Shown one piece after another: positions 47,109 to 59,766 of a stretch of DNA of 64,000 nucleotides. The stretch comes from Centroscyllium fabricii. Taxonomy: Eukaryota. Positions within the stretch are counted from its first letter, which is position 1. The number at the start of each line of letters is the position of its first letter. The stretch is taken from positions 64,108,001 through 64,172,000 of the forward strand of contig JBNRSN020000024.1 of assembly GCA_051313645.2 (NCBI GenBank). Direction: 5' to 3'. The position numbers and the translations under genes were made by a program. Under the pieces are notes generated by a model. The model was not told the DNA's origin. It made no database searches and saw only the letters and a program-made list of their open reading frames with translations.

Positions 47109-49045
47109 CACATTTCATTGGTAAACTGGTAGAGGATATTGTTCCTCTGGTTACCATCAAGACCTTTCCCAATCAGAAACAGTGGGTGGATAAAACCAGC
47201 CATGATGCACTGTGCGCACCGCTGCCTATAATTCAGGGCTAGTGCCTGGGAACATGGAAGAGTACAAAATAGCTGCATACGACCTATGGAGAGCGGTGAA
47301 GGAGGCAAAGAGACGGTACAGGGATAAAGTGGAAGCCCAATTCCAACAGTCTGATACAAGACGTATGTGGCAAGGATTAAGGACAATCACAGATCATAAA
47401 GGGAAACCCTCCACCACGACGGGCATCGATGCCTCTCTGGCAGAAGAACTAAACTCCTTTTATGCACGCTTCAAGGTCAATGAAGCATCTGAAGTGAAAG
47501 CACCAGCCGGAGAAGAGTGTACGCTCACTATTTCAGAACAAGAAGTGAGGAGAACCTTTAGTAGGGTGAACACCCGGAAGGCAGCAGGACCGGACGGCAT
47601 TCCCGGGCGTGTCCTCAAGGTCTGTGCTGACCAGCTAGCGCTGGTGTTCACGATGATATTCAATCTATCCTTGACCCAGTCCATTATACCTACATGTTTT
47701 AAAATGTCCACTATAGTCCCTGTGCCCAAGAAAGCACACCCAGCCTGCCTGAATGACCATCGCCCCGTAGCACTCACCTCTGTTGCCATGAAGTGCTTTG
47801 AGAGGCTAATGAAAGATTATATCTGCTCCTCTCTATCCGGTACCCTGGATCCACTGCAGTTTGCCTACCGCCCCAATAGATCCACAGGCGATGCCATCGC
47901 ACATGTCATGCATACCGCCCTATCCCACCTGGGCAGCAGAAAGGGGAACTATGTGAGGATGTTGTTCATTGACTATAGTTCAGCTTTCAATACCATAGTC
48001 CCCTCCAAGCTCGGTACCAAGCTCCGGGACCTGGGACTGCACAGCTCCCTGTGTAACTGGATCCTCGACTTCCTGACGGGTAGACCCCAGGTGGTGAGGG
48101 TAGGCGGCTACACCTCATCGACCATCATCCTCAATACGGGAGCCCCCCAAGGCTGTGTCCTGAGTCCCCTCCTGTACTCCCTGTACACACATGCCTGTGG
48201 CCACGCATAACTGCAATACTATCGTCAAGTTTGCTGATGATACAGTTGTCGTGGGCCTGATCACCAACAATGAGAAGGCCTACCTGAAGGAAATGGAGAA
48301 CCTGTCACTGTGGTGCCAGGACAACAACCTCTTCCTGAACGTCAGCAAGACAAACGAGCTGATAGTGGACTTTGGGAGGAAGCAGGAGAGGTACTATAAC
48401 TCTCTCAAGATCAATGGGACCCCAGTTGAGAGGGTGAGTAATTTCAGATACCTCGGTGTCCATCTTACAGAGGACCTGACATGGTCCCTTCACATAGACA
48501 CCTTGGTGAAGAAGGCGCGGCAGCGTCTTTACCATCTCAGAAGCCTGAGGAAATTTAGAATGTCCTCCCAAATACTAAGCCACTTTTATAAATGTGATAT
48601 TGAGAGTATCCTGTCCGGGAGCATCTCCACCTGGTATGGAAACAGCATTAAACAAGACCGTAGGGCCCTGCAGAGGGTAGTACGGTCAGTAGAACGTACC
48701 ACCGGGGTTGCACTCCCTAACCTGCAGGATATCTACACCAGGCGGTGCATGACTAAGGCTAAGAAGGTCATTAAGGATCCTAGTCACCCGTACAGCGGCC
48801 TCTTCTCACTGCTGAGGTCAGGAAAACGCTACCACCGAATTAAGACCAACACAGAGAGGCTTAGGAGGAGCTTTTATTCCCCAAGCCATCCGGATCCTAA
48901 ATGAAGACGCTGCCAAGGGTCGGTATACTGCTCACTGACGATTGAATGCCTTTTAATTCTTGTAATTATAAATTATTATTTGTATTTATTGTTATCCGGA
49001 GAGCACATTTCACTACACTTTGTACATGTATAATGATGTATGTTA
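47109..49045 (+). mobile_element. Rex1/Babar LINE, 5'-truncated, frameshifted RT
   Basis: [46 protein letters not shown]; AATAAA..CTTGAA tail. Confidence 0.95.
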
Positions 49046-49444
49046 CAAATAAAGTAAACTTGAAACAATCTATGCCAAATTATAAAGTTGTTATATAAAG
49101 TGTAGAATCTAGTGGAACCTGAATATGCTGCACCTTGCTACAATCAATTGGGCTGGTTTCCAAATAATGGGTTTCTAGTGAAAAACATTGTAATGCAGGA
49201 AAATTATTTTATCATTTGATGCTCTGCCATGAACACAAACACTGGAAGTAGTATCCAGTCTGGGGAGAAAAAATACTCTGTACAGATCAAATACAATCTT
49301 CCAGCAATGAATATCTAAATAAATCCATACAGATGGTGTACATGTATATCTCAAATGTTATACAAACAGCATAGGAAAGTGCATTATCAGCAGAAAGTAA
49401 AAGTTTTTCCAATGCTCAAACTCTTCTTTTCTAACCTAATGCAT

Positions 49445-51025
49445 TTTTTTATTCGTTTGTGATGTGGGCATTGCTGGCAAAGCCAGCATTTATTGCCCAT
49501 CCCTAATTGCCCTTGAGAAGGTGGTGGTGAGTCACCTTCTTGAACCGCTGCAGTCCGTGTGGTGAAGGTACTCCCACAGTGCTGTTTTTATGGCACTTCA
49601 GGATTTTGACCTAATCACTATGAAGGATCGGCGATATACTTCTAAGTCAGGATGGTGTGTGACTTGGAGGGGAACTTGGAGGTGGTGGTGTTCCCATGTG
49701 CCTGCTGCCCTTGTCCTTCTAGTTGGAAGAGGTCGTAGGTTTGGGAGGTGCTGCCGAAGAAGCCTTGGCGAGTTGCTGCAGTGCATCTTGTAGATGGTGA
49801 ACACTGCAGCCATGGTATGCCGGTGGTGGAGGGAGTGAAGGTTTAAGGTGGTGGATGGGGTGCCAATCAAGCGGACTGCTTTGTCCTGGATGGTATCAAG
49901 CTTCTTGTGTAGTTGCAGCTGCACTTATCCAAGCAAGTGGAGAGTATTCAATCACACTCCTTTCTTGCGCCTTGTGGAAGGGCTTTGGGGAGTCAGAAGG
50001 TGAGACACTCTCTGCAGAATACCGAGCCTCTGACCTGTTCGTGTTGCCACAGGATTTATGTGGCTGGTCCAGTTAAGTTTCTTGTCAATGATGACCCCCA
50101 GGACGTTAGTGGGGGATTCGGCAATGGTAATGCCATTGAATGTCAAGGGGTGGTGGTTAGACTCTCTTTTTGGAGACAGTCATTGCTTGGCACTTCTGTG
50201 GCGTGAATGTTACCTGCCACTTATCAGCCCAAACCTGAACGTTGTCCAGGTCTTGTTGCATGTGGGCATGGACTGCTTCATTATCTGAGGAGTTGTGAAT
50301 GGCACTGAACACTATGCAATCATCCCCATTTCTGACATTATGTTGGAGGGAAGGTCATTGATGAAGCAGCTGAAGCTGGTTGGGCCCAGGACACTGCCCT
50401 GAGAAACTCTGCAGCGAGGGCCTGGGGCTGTGATGATTGACCCTCAACCACCACAACTATCTTCCTTTGTGCTAGGTATGACTCCAGCCTGTGGAGAGAT
50501 TGCCCCCAATTCCCATTGACTTCAGTTTTACTCGGGCTCCTTGATGCCACACTCGGTTAAATGCTGCTTTGATGTCGAGGGCAGTCACTCTCCCCTCACC
50601 TCTGGAATTCAGCTCCTTTATCCATGTTTGGACCAAGGCTGTAATGAGGTCGGGAGCCGAGTGGTCTTGACGGAACCCAAACTGGGCATCAGTGAGCAGG
50701 TTATTGGTGAGCAAGTGCTGCTTGATCGCACTGTCGGTTACAACTTCAATCACTTTGCTAATGATTGAGAGTAGACTGATGCGGTAGTAATTGGTCGGAT
50801 TGGATTTGTCCTGCTTTTTGTAGACAGGACCTACCTGGGCAGTTTTCCACATTGACGGATGGATGCCAGTGTTGTAGTTATACTGGGACAGCTTGGCTAG
50901 AGGCACGGCTAGTTCTGGAACACAAGTCTCCAGCACAACAACCGGGATGTTGTTGGGGCCCATAGCCTTTGCAGTGCGCTCAGCCATTTCTTGATATCAC
51001 ACGTGGAGTGAAACGAATTGGCTGC
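49445..51025 (-). mobile_element. L2/CR1-group LINE, degenerate RT and 3' end
   Basis: QFGFRQDHSAPDL, ALDIKAAFNRVWH, HSLHHRHTMAAVFTIYKMHCSNSPRLL. Confidence 0.9.
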
Positions 51026-51598
51026 GTTGTTTTAAAACCATATTTTGTTCCTTAAGATCCTGGTTTGAGATATTTGGCACAAAATTTTGATGGGCTGTAC
51101 TGTCTTAAAATCGATTCAGGGTGTTTCTCAGTGGAAACTGAGAACTGGAGATGCCATTCAGAGATGCAATTTAAAAGCTTATTATTTGGAAATGGAACTA
51201 AACATTGTGAAAGTGAAATTTCCAGTGTTGGCAGCAAGTAATTTCAAAATATTTTTCAAGTCCAGATGAGTGTAACTTATATTCTGAAATCCAATTTTTA
51301 GAGATAAATTAGAATTTTAAAGATGTATGCAAATCAGTTTCATATAACCGACTCAAATTCCTAATGCCCTGCAATTATTTTATGTATAATAAATTAAGGT
51401 TTACATTTAGCCAGACTGTATTATAATTGTTGGGAACAAATTGTGGCTGAATAGTAATGCACCTTTATCAAACTTGCTTATAGTTATCTGGAAGTTGTAC
51501 AAAATAAAAATATTTATATTCCTAACTTTCAAAATATTTCAAAATAAGCTTCAAATATGAATGACTATAGAGTCAAATCATACAATGAAAAGTATATA

Positions 51599-52268
51599 CA
51601 GGTACACAATCCTTTATCCGCTACTCCGAAAACCGAAATTACAAATGACCTGAGTTACGCGCGAAATATGACCCGCGCTCAGGCCACGACGGCCTCGATG
51701 CTCCCGGCCACGCAGGCCCCGATGCTCCCGGCCACACAGGCCCCGATGCTCCCGACGCCCAGCCACACAGGCCCCGATGCGCCCGGCCATGCAGGCCCTG
51801 ATGCTCCCAGCACCCATACCAGATGGCCCTGATGCTCCCGGCACCCAATGGCCCTGATGCTCCCGACACCCATACCAGATGGCCCCGATGCTCCCGGCAC
51901 CCGACGGCCTCGACGCTCCCGGCACCCGACAGCCTCGACGCTCCCAGCACCCGACGGCCTCGACGCTCCCGGCACCCGACGGCCTCGACGCTCCCGGCAC
52001 CCGACGGCCTCGACGCTCCCGGCACCCGACGGCCTCGACGCTCCCGGCACCCGACGGCCTCGACGCTCCCGGCACCCGACCGCTGATCTCCGATATTTTT
52101 ACAAATAAACTTTGCTAGACTATTTATAAACTGCTATTAGTTTTTATTTATCCCACTTTTTGTGAATATTCACAAGGTTCATGCAGAAATATTAATGTTA
52201 ATGCGACCATTCCGAAAATATCCGAAATCCGATAACCGAAGGTTTTCGGATAAAGGATTGTGTACCTG
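51599..52268 (+). mobile_element. pogo/Tigger4-like MITE, family 2, carrying a 25-bp minisatellite
   Basis: TA|CAGGTACACAATCCTTTATCCG ... CGGATAAAGGATTGTGTACCTG|TA; unit CCCGGCACCCGACGGCCTCGACGCT at ~51890-52080. Confidence 0.92.
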
Positions 52269-52384
52269 TACCAAATTAAAAACCTGCCTGTCTATCTATA
52301 AATATGTTTACAAGCATCAATCTCAAACTACCGCCATAGCTTTAGAATAGTTTGATTATAAATGTATATTTCTTGTTCCTTCAG

Positions 52385-52585
52385 AAAAAATGGTTCCAAG
52401 TGTCTTGTTCACTGTAAGATGGGCATCAGCAGGTCTGCGTCCACAGTGATTGCATATGCAATGAAAGAATATGGCTGGAATTTGGATAAAGCTTACAATT
52501 ATGTGAAGGAGAAACGGGCAGTTACAAAACCCAACATCAGCTTCATGAGACAACTGGAAGAGTACCAGGGTATCTTGCTAGCTAG
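52385..52585 (+). CDS. SSH2: Slingshot-2 catalytic exon (KNGSKCLVHCKMGISRSASTVIAYAMKEYGW...FMRQLEEYQGILLAS)
   Basis: Intact HCx5R signature (52410-52433); CAG acceptor, GTGGGT donor; phase 2 to 2. Confidence 0.97.
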
Positions 52586-54470
52586 GTGGGTGCATCATCT
52601 TGGATAATGCTTTTTCAGTTAGCTTTAATTTATAATATCAGATATGTGCTATGTCTTGTTTTTCTTTACTTTCTTGATTCACATTTTCTTTCCTCTATTT
52701 ACCTCCCGGCACACACACACTGGATTGGGTCTGATAGAACGGGAGGCAGGGCAGCCATGTACATCTCCACGACTTCCACTGATGGTGCTCTAGAGCCAGG
52801 TGCTGCAGTGCAACCCAAGGTAGAGCCACTGCCAATTTTCCCTCTCTCCTAGTCAGCTGGGCACCTTGTGTCTGCACGGTCCTCAACCAGACAACTCGCT
52901 GTCTGTGAGTGGAAATGTCAAACCGAATTGTGATTTGAATCAGGGTCTCCCATTCTGTGAGTCGGTTTCCTTTGGGTGACCTATCCTAAAATAGAAACCC
53001 AAGATTGCAATGATTAAATTCCTTCAGAGCAAACCACAAATGGGGGCAAGTTCCATGAACTCCAGCCTCCATTCTCATTGTGCCCTGCAGTACTCAACGT
53101 GTTCTTGTATTTTTGCTTTTTCTTGTCTCAAATATTATGTTGTAAAAAGATGAATCAGTGGTCTGCTACAGAAGGTCTTTGATTAAAACAGTAAAGCTTT
53201 CTGTTACTGGCCTGAATATGGCATAATTAACCATTTTATATTTTAAATGTAAAGATCTCTTTTTGTTTAGTGAAACATGAAGCTGGAATAAGGTCTTCTA
53301 GGAAGAACAGGTTAAACCAGTGAGGTGGAGCAAGTTTAGATTTGGTTGATTAGAATTAGTTTGCTCCCTGGGCCCATTCTCTTCATTCTCCTCTCCCCCT
53401 ATCTACCATAACAATATATTCTTGTAGCAATTAGCACAAAAAATTTATCTGTGTCTCTTTTCTGATGTCTCGAATTTTCCAGTGCTTATTTTTTTTCAAA
53501 AAACATACAACCACTATCTGCTTATATGGATTGGTTCAGAATTTGAGCCAGTTCCAAAAATACTTGAGCACTCTACACTTCCTGATTGGCTTCTGGAAGA
53601 TTTGAGCCAAACAGGAAGACTAACACTATCCACTTCATATCTTTCTCAAAACTTCTTTCATATCCACTAAGTCAATGTGAGCATTGCCACTGGAGATCCA
53701 CTAATATAATTATTTAATCTACAGTGCCTCAAAATCTTTTTTGTGTGTAAAGCTCCTAGTTTTAATTAATCCGCTTAAACATTTTGAGATTTTGTTTCTA
53801 GCAGGAATTTGGATCAAGAAAGACCTGTGTCATTAATAGGTATCATGTTGACCTGTTATGGTATTGTTCAATGGTGACCGTGTTATTTTCATACTATGTC
53901 CACTTGAACTGAGAATAGCACCCAGCAGTAAAGTTACAGATTCTGCTCTTACAAACTTAGGTTGTTCCTGGAGAGAGTAGCTTGAGATAGACATGTCACC
54001 ATCAGTCTTCCATTCTGTCACTTGTTTGGTAATGATGGGAACAGTGTGCCAGGTTGGAGTAACAGTGTTGCACAAAATGTATTCGCTTAAGTGTGGTTTT
54101 TTTTGTTTCACCATCCCCCCTGTCCCCACCAAAATCTCTTTGCTATTATGTGTTTTTGTATCAATATACTAAGTAAGCCTAGTGATAAAACTAATGTGCT
54201 ATTTTCAAACTGTCTCACTGTCCGTAAAGACAGACAAGGTGCTTTTTCAGCGGCTCGTGTTTGAAAAGCAATTTTTGTAATGGCTGAGATTTGTTAATTA
54301 AGACTTTCATATGAAGAAAGACATTTTAGACTTTGCAGCATTTATTTGGATCCAGGAATAGTGATCCACTCGCATTAAACTGGCTTCACTGTGCCTCCTG
54401 ATTAGCTCGTATGTATCACTGACCTGTACTATGGACTGTGGGATTCTCGTCCCAGAATACATTCTAATCG

Positions 54471-56665
54471 AGGCCATCCCCTGCCCCCACCTCGGGAAGT
54501 CCGACCACCTTTCACTATTCCTTGCCCCAGCATACAAACCACTCATCAAAAGGGTGAAAGCTCCAGTCAAAACAGTTGGAGTATGGCCAGAAGGGGCAGT
54601 CTCAGAGCTACAAGGCTGCATCGAACGCACTGAATGGAGCATGTTTGCTCATACAGACATCGAGGAATACGCATCCACAGTGCTATTCCACATCAACAGC
54701 TGTGTCGAGGTGGTCACTACCCAAAAAACCATCAAGACATTCCCCAACCAGAAACCCTGGATGAATGGGGAGGTCCACTCGCTGCTGAAAGCACACGACG
54801 CAGCTTTCAAATCTGGTGACGTGGCAGCTTACAGCACAGCCAGGGCCAACCTAAAGAGGGGAATCAGGTCTGCCAAACGCAATCAGACACTGAAGATAGA
54901 GGAACACTTCCACAACAACTCGGACCCTCGGCGTATGTGGCAAGGCATCCAGTCCATCACGGACTACAAGTGCAAGAACACCAGCCCCCCAACCAGCGAT
55001 GCCTCCCTACCGGAGGAACTCAACAACTTCTATGCTCGCTTTGACAGGGACAACAGGGAGCCAGCCACCAAAGTCCTGCAATCTCCGGAAGACCAGTTAC
55101 TAATACTGTCCTCCGATATAAGAGGTGCTCTACGTGGAGTGAACGCACGGAAGGCCGCGGGTCCTGATGGCATCCCTGGCCGGGCACTCAAAGACTGTGC
55201 TGACCAACTGGCTGAGATCTTCACCGACATCTTCAACCTGTCACTGGCGAAGGCAGCTGTCCCTACCTGCTTCAAGACCGCCACCATCATCCCTGTGCCC
55301 AAGAAAACGGCCGTGACGTGCCTGAATGACTACTGCCCTGTCTGTCGCACTCACACCAATAATCAGGAAGTGTTTTGAGCGGCTGGTCCTGGCCCACATC
55401 AAAGCCAGCGTCCCCGCCGCCCTCGACCAATAACAGTTCGCCTATCGAGGAAACAGATCAACGGAAGATGCGATCACAACGGCTCTTCACTCTGCACTAT
55501 ACCACCTGGATAGCAAAGATACATATATCGGAATGCTGTTTATAGACTACAGCTCAGCATTCAACACCATCGTCCCCAGCAAATTGACTACCAAACTCCT
55601 CACCCTCAGCCTGAACACCTCCCTCTGCAACTGGACCCTGGACTTCCTAACCAACAGACCACAGTCTGTGAAGTTAGGCAACCTCACGTTCCCCCACCTC
55701 CCCCCCCCCCCCCCACCCCCCCCCCCCCCACTTACCCTGAACACAGGGACCCCACAAGGCTCTGTACTGAGCCCTCTCCTCTACTCCCTCTTTACCCACA
55801 ACTGTGTGGCTGTCCACGGCTCCAACAAGATCATCAAGTTTGCGGACGACACCACGGTGGTTGGCCACATCACCAACAACGATGAGTCAGCCTACAGGGA
55901 TGAGATTCAGCGCCTTGTGGGATGGTGTGCCAACAACAACCTGGCACTGGATACCAAGAAAACCAAGGAGATCATAGTGGACTTCCGGAAGACTAAAAGC
56001 GGAAGACACGCCCCCATCTTCATCCAAGGGGCTGAGGTGGAAAGGGTGTCCAGCTTCAAGTTCCTCGGGGTCCACATCTCGGAAGACCTCTCCTGGTCAT
56101 TAAACACCTCCTCTCTGGTTAAGAAGGCCCAACAGCGCCTGTACTTCCTAAGGAAGCTGAAAAAAGCCAAGCTGACATCCAGCATCCTCACCAACGTCTA
56201 CCGCTGCACAATCGAAAGCATACTGACGAGCTGCATCACAGTCTGGTATGGAAATTGCACCATCTCGAACCGGAAGGCCCTGCAGCGGGTAGTCAAAACT
56301 GCCCAACGAATCACCGGCACCCAGCTACCATCAATTGAATGCACCTACCTCAAACGTTGCCTACGGAGGTCTCAGAACATTATTAAAGACCCCACACACC
56401 CCAGCCATAGTCTGTTTGCCCCCCTGCCCTCTGGGAGACGCTACAGATCAATTTGCACCCGCACGACCAGATTCAAGAACCGCTTCTTCCCCAGGGCTGT
56501 CAGTCTCCTGAACTCTTAACAAAAAATTCCAGTATCTGCACACCTGAAATGTACTTTATTGTATGAAATTGTATGTAACTTATTTGCACTACTCTCGGGA
56601 GCGGCGAGTCTTCGTTTCATTTTATTGTACTAGTACACTGCAATGACAATAAAATTGAATTGAAT
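54471..56665 (+). mobile_element. Rex1/Babar LINE, 5'-truncated, disrupted
   Basis: HLGKSDH endonuclease end, RT motifs including KFADDT, frameshift near 55345, premature TAA at 55431, poly-C insertion, (TTGAA)n tail. Confidence 0.95.
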
Positions 56666-58440
56666 ACAGGTTTTCATCCTAATGTATCTTTAGATAAATC
56701 CAGCACCATGCAAATGAATTCAGATTGATCCTAAGCCAATAATCTGTCAAAACTTCTGCTACATTCGTAAAGCTAAGAATAGTTGTTAAACTATCTGTAA
56801 ATATCTTGATTTAATTAACTTCTTGCTATCAACATTTTAGTCTCTTACATAGACCAGTGCTAGAATAAGATTTTGGGTGAGAAAAATGAGGTGAAGTTTA
56901 ATTATTAAATGGTAAATGTTAATCTAAATTTTCCTACATTAACCCTATGAAAGCTTGAAGAATAACACACAGGAGGAACTGTTTCACAGTCCTGGTTTTT
57001 TGCTCTAATTCTACTTTGTAATGTGGTGTCTTGAGTTAACAGTTTATATTTTTGTGTCCATAAAACAAGAAATGCCTGCAGATTTAAAAACTAAATTAAT
57101 GCTTGGAAGTTTATGCACTCCTTTTTGTTAACTTATGAAAGCACGTTTTATAACCATCAAAAATGATACAGTATTGCATTCCATTTTATATACCCAATCT
57201 TCACATGAAGCTCTAGTCAGTCCAAGAAATGTCAAGCGTATTTCCATCAATTAACAAAGGGAGAATTGGTTGCCCATCTCGGGGTGTCTGCTCACATCGT
57301 CTTCTAACATTTAGGTTGTATTGATTTAATATCCCAACCAAAAGGTCAAGTTGACAGAATGGATGACTGTTTATTTTGCTTGAATTGGAAAAGCTAATAA
57401 CTAAATATCACCGCAAGCAATCAAATTTGAGACTTGAAGCCCTGATTTTTAGTGCTATCTTAACAGTTGCTCACAGCGTGCCCAGACAAAGTAATTCCTT
57501 CGTATCTTATGATTAAAAGACTGGCTTCTGTCTACACGACAAGTAGTTAACTTCTGGCCTGAAGATCTGCATTATCCAGAGAGTATAAACGGTAAATCTT
57601 TCTTGGGTTAGATATGGCTTCATATCTCAATCGTGGCAAATTATTGTAGAAATGTGAGTTATTGCATTTCAAGAGTATGTGTGGATTGTGAGTGAGCACT
57701 ATTTCTAGCTCCCTTTATTAATAGAGAAACCATAAACATACCCTATTTGTAGGCTCCTACATTAGTATTTTGCAGATCACCTCCTGTGTTAATAGCTAAA
57801 AATTCTGCTTTTTCCAAAACAGTAATTACATTTTTGTTAGCCTAGTTGTACTGTAACATCAGTTATCCCTGTGGACTACAGCAGTATTCTGACACCTTGT
57901 TTTTGAATAATATAAGGTAATAGATAAACTAAAATAACAACAGTTACAGAATGAAGTAATCCGAAGTGCAAAAAGCTGTCCCATATGAACTGCCAAAACA
58001 ATGAGGGTGTTAGTTTACAAAATAGATCTGTAGGCTATAATTATAAGGAGGCAATACTTGGAACATATGAAATGTTAATGCGAACATATATGGAGTGTTA
58101 AGTTCAACTTTGGGTCACTATGGGTTTAATTTCTTCTATTCATTGCTAGTGAAGGGTCAGCACAAGTATAAGTTCATCCTCCCATCAACTTTTTCGCCAT
58201 TGTTATCAAATTGAGGAAAATATATCCATATATTCGGCAAGACAGGATTTGGGAAGCGTTTGAAGATGACTAATAGCATGCCGCTGAGTTTCTAATGGAT
58301 AAAAGAAGCCAAAGGCGGGATAGAGTCTGGGCTTTGTATTTTCATGGACCACTTGGATATATACCACAGTGTCTCTCCGTTCTCGTATGAAGTTTAAATC
58401 AATGCTCCCATTAATGTGCATGTATCCCAAGCTGCAATTA

Positions 58441-59158
58441 CAGGTACACAATCCCTTAACTGCACATCCAAACACTGAAAAGCTCTGAAAACCGAAATTT
58501 CAAATGACCCGAGTTGCATGCAAAAATGACACGACGCACTTTATTGAATGTTTCCCTTACAAATAAACTTTATTAGAGCATTTATAAACTGCTTATAGTC
58601 GTTCTTTATCGCACTTTTGTGAATACAAAATGGCCACCGGAAGTTTAAACTCAGCGGCTGCAGCCAATCACAGCCCCCGGGCGCTCTCACCACCTGACCT
58701 TAGACAGGCAAGCTCCACCAATCACAGCCTAGCTCACACACCACCTGATCCTAGACAGGCAGATTCCACCAATCACAGCCCAGCTCACACACCACCTGAT
58801 CCTAGACAGGCAGATTCCACCAATCACAGTCCCGGGCTGCTCCTCATACATCACCTGACCCCAGACCACCAATCACAGCTTCGGGCTGAGCCTCATACAC
58901 CACCTGACCCCCAGACAGTTAAATCTCACCAATCACAGCCCACCTCACAAACCACCTGACCATAGGCAGGCAAGCTCCACCAAGCATCAATCGCGGTGGC
59001 CATTTTGCACATGCGCAGGGCAGTCGGTGTTCAACCTGTATTTACAAGATTTGCTGCAGAAAAACGTATGTTAATTGCGCCCATTCCGAAAACCGAAATT
59101 ATCCAAAATCCGAGAACCACCCGGTCCTGAGGTTTTCGGATAAAGGATTGTGTACCTG
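58441..59158 (+). mobile_element. pogo/Tigger4-like MITE, family 2, with nested insertion
   Basis: TA|CAGGTACACAATCC ... GGATTGTGTACCTG|TA; collinear with 51599-52268 once 58626-59040 is removed. Confidence 0.9.
58626..59038 (+). mobile_element. deleted family-1B MITE carrying a ~51-bp CCAAT minisatellite
   Basis: Flanked by TA (58624-25, 59039-40); right end GGTGTTCAACCTG; six CCAATCACAG motifs. Confidence 0.82.
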
Positions 59159-59689
59159 TACTAAGAATATTCTGATTAACCCACCAATAAAGGATCATTG
59201 CTGAGATTAGCCTTTTCCAAGCCTCCATCCCCATGAAATTCAAACAGGATAAATCAGTGAATAAGAAATAAGTGAAAATAGAAAATAATTATCTGGGCTA
59301 TATAGTTTAGAGTTGCTAAACTTTGGCCCACAGGTGGTAGTTTGAACACCCATGGTCTAAGGAAATTACATCTGCTCTCACTGAAGAAAAAAAGAATATA
59401 GGGAAAAGAATGTTATTTGTGCTCGAGCAAAGAAAAGTTTGGGGACTTGATTATAGGCTGAGAAAACCTCAAGTTTAAATTGAACTGAGATTTACTGTTT
59501 CTCACTTGGAAAATTTATTTGCAGAAGACTACCACATGGGTGCAATGGTTTTGTTTGGAATATTAATAAAATTCAACAACGAGCGCATTTATTTGGTGCC
59601 TTTTAATGTGAAGCATCCCAACATGCTTCACAAAAAACCTCAAGTGGAAAGGGATTATAGACACGAAGCAGGTGGTAGAAGAAGATTTT

Positions 59690-59766
59690 TAAAAAACAGA
59701 AAATGCTGGAAAACCTCAGCCGTTCAGGCAGCATCGGTGGAGAGAAACAGAGTCAACGTTTCGGGT
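59690..59766 (-). repeat. Penelope-type shark repeat fragment
   Basis: Reverse complement of CCGAAACGTTGACTCTGTTTCTCTCC..GATGCTGCCTG..TTCCAGCATTTTCTG. Confidence 0.65.

Noticed and set aside
51614-52118. Overlapping repetitive ORFs in all frames, and a superficially CRISPR-like array
   Set aside because: A stop-free 25-bp minisatellite with no unique spacers, in a eukaryotic intron.
55694-55729. Poly-proline insert in a Rex RT
   Set aside because: A poly-C expansion in a dead copy; the homopolymer length is also unreliable.
58660-58980. Repeat array as CRISPR or as a protein (ORF 58630-58959)
   Set aside because: Whole units are repeated (51 bp = 17 aa), there are no spacers, and it sits inside a MITE.
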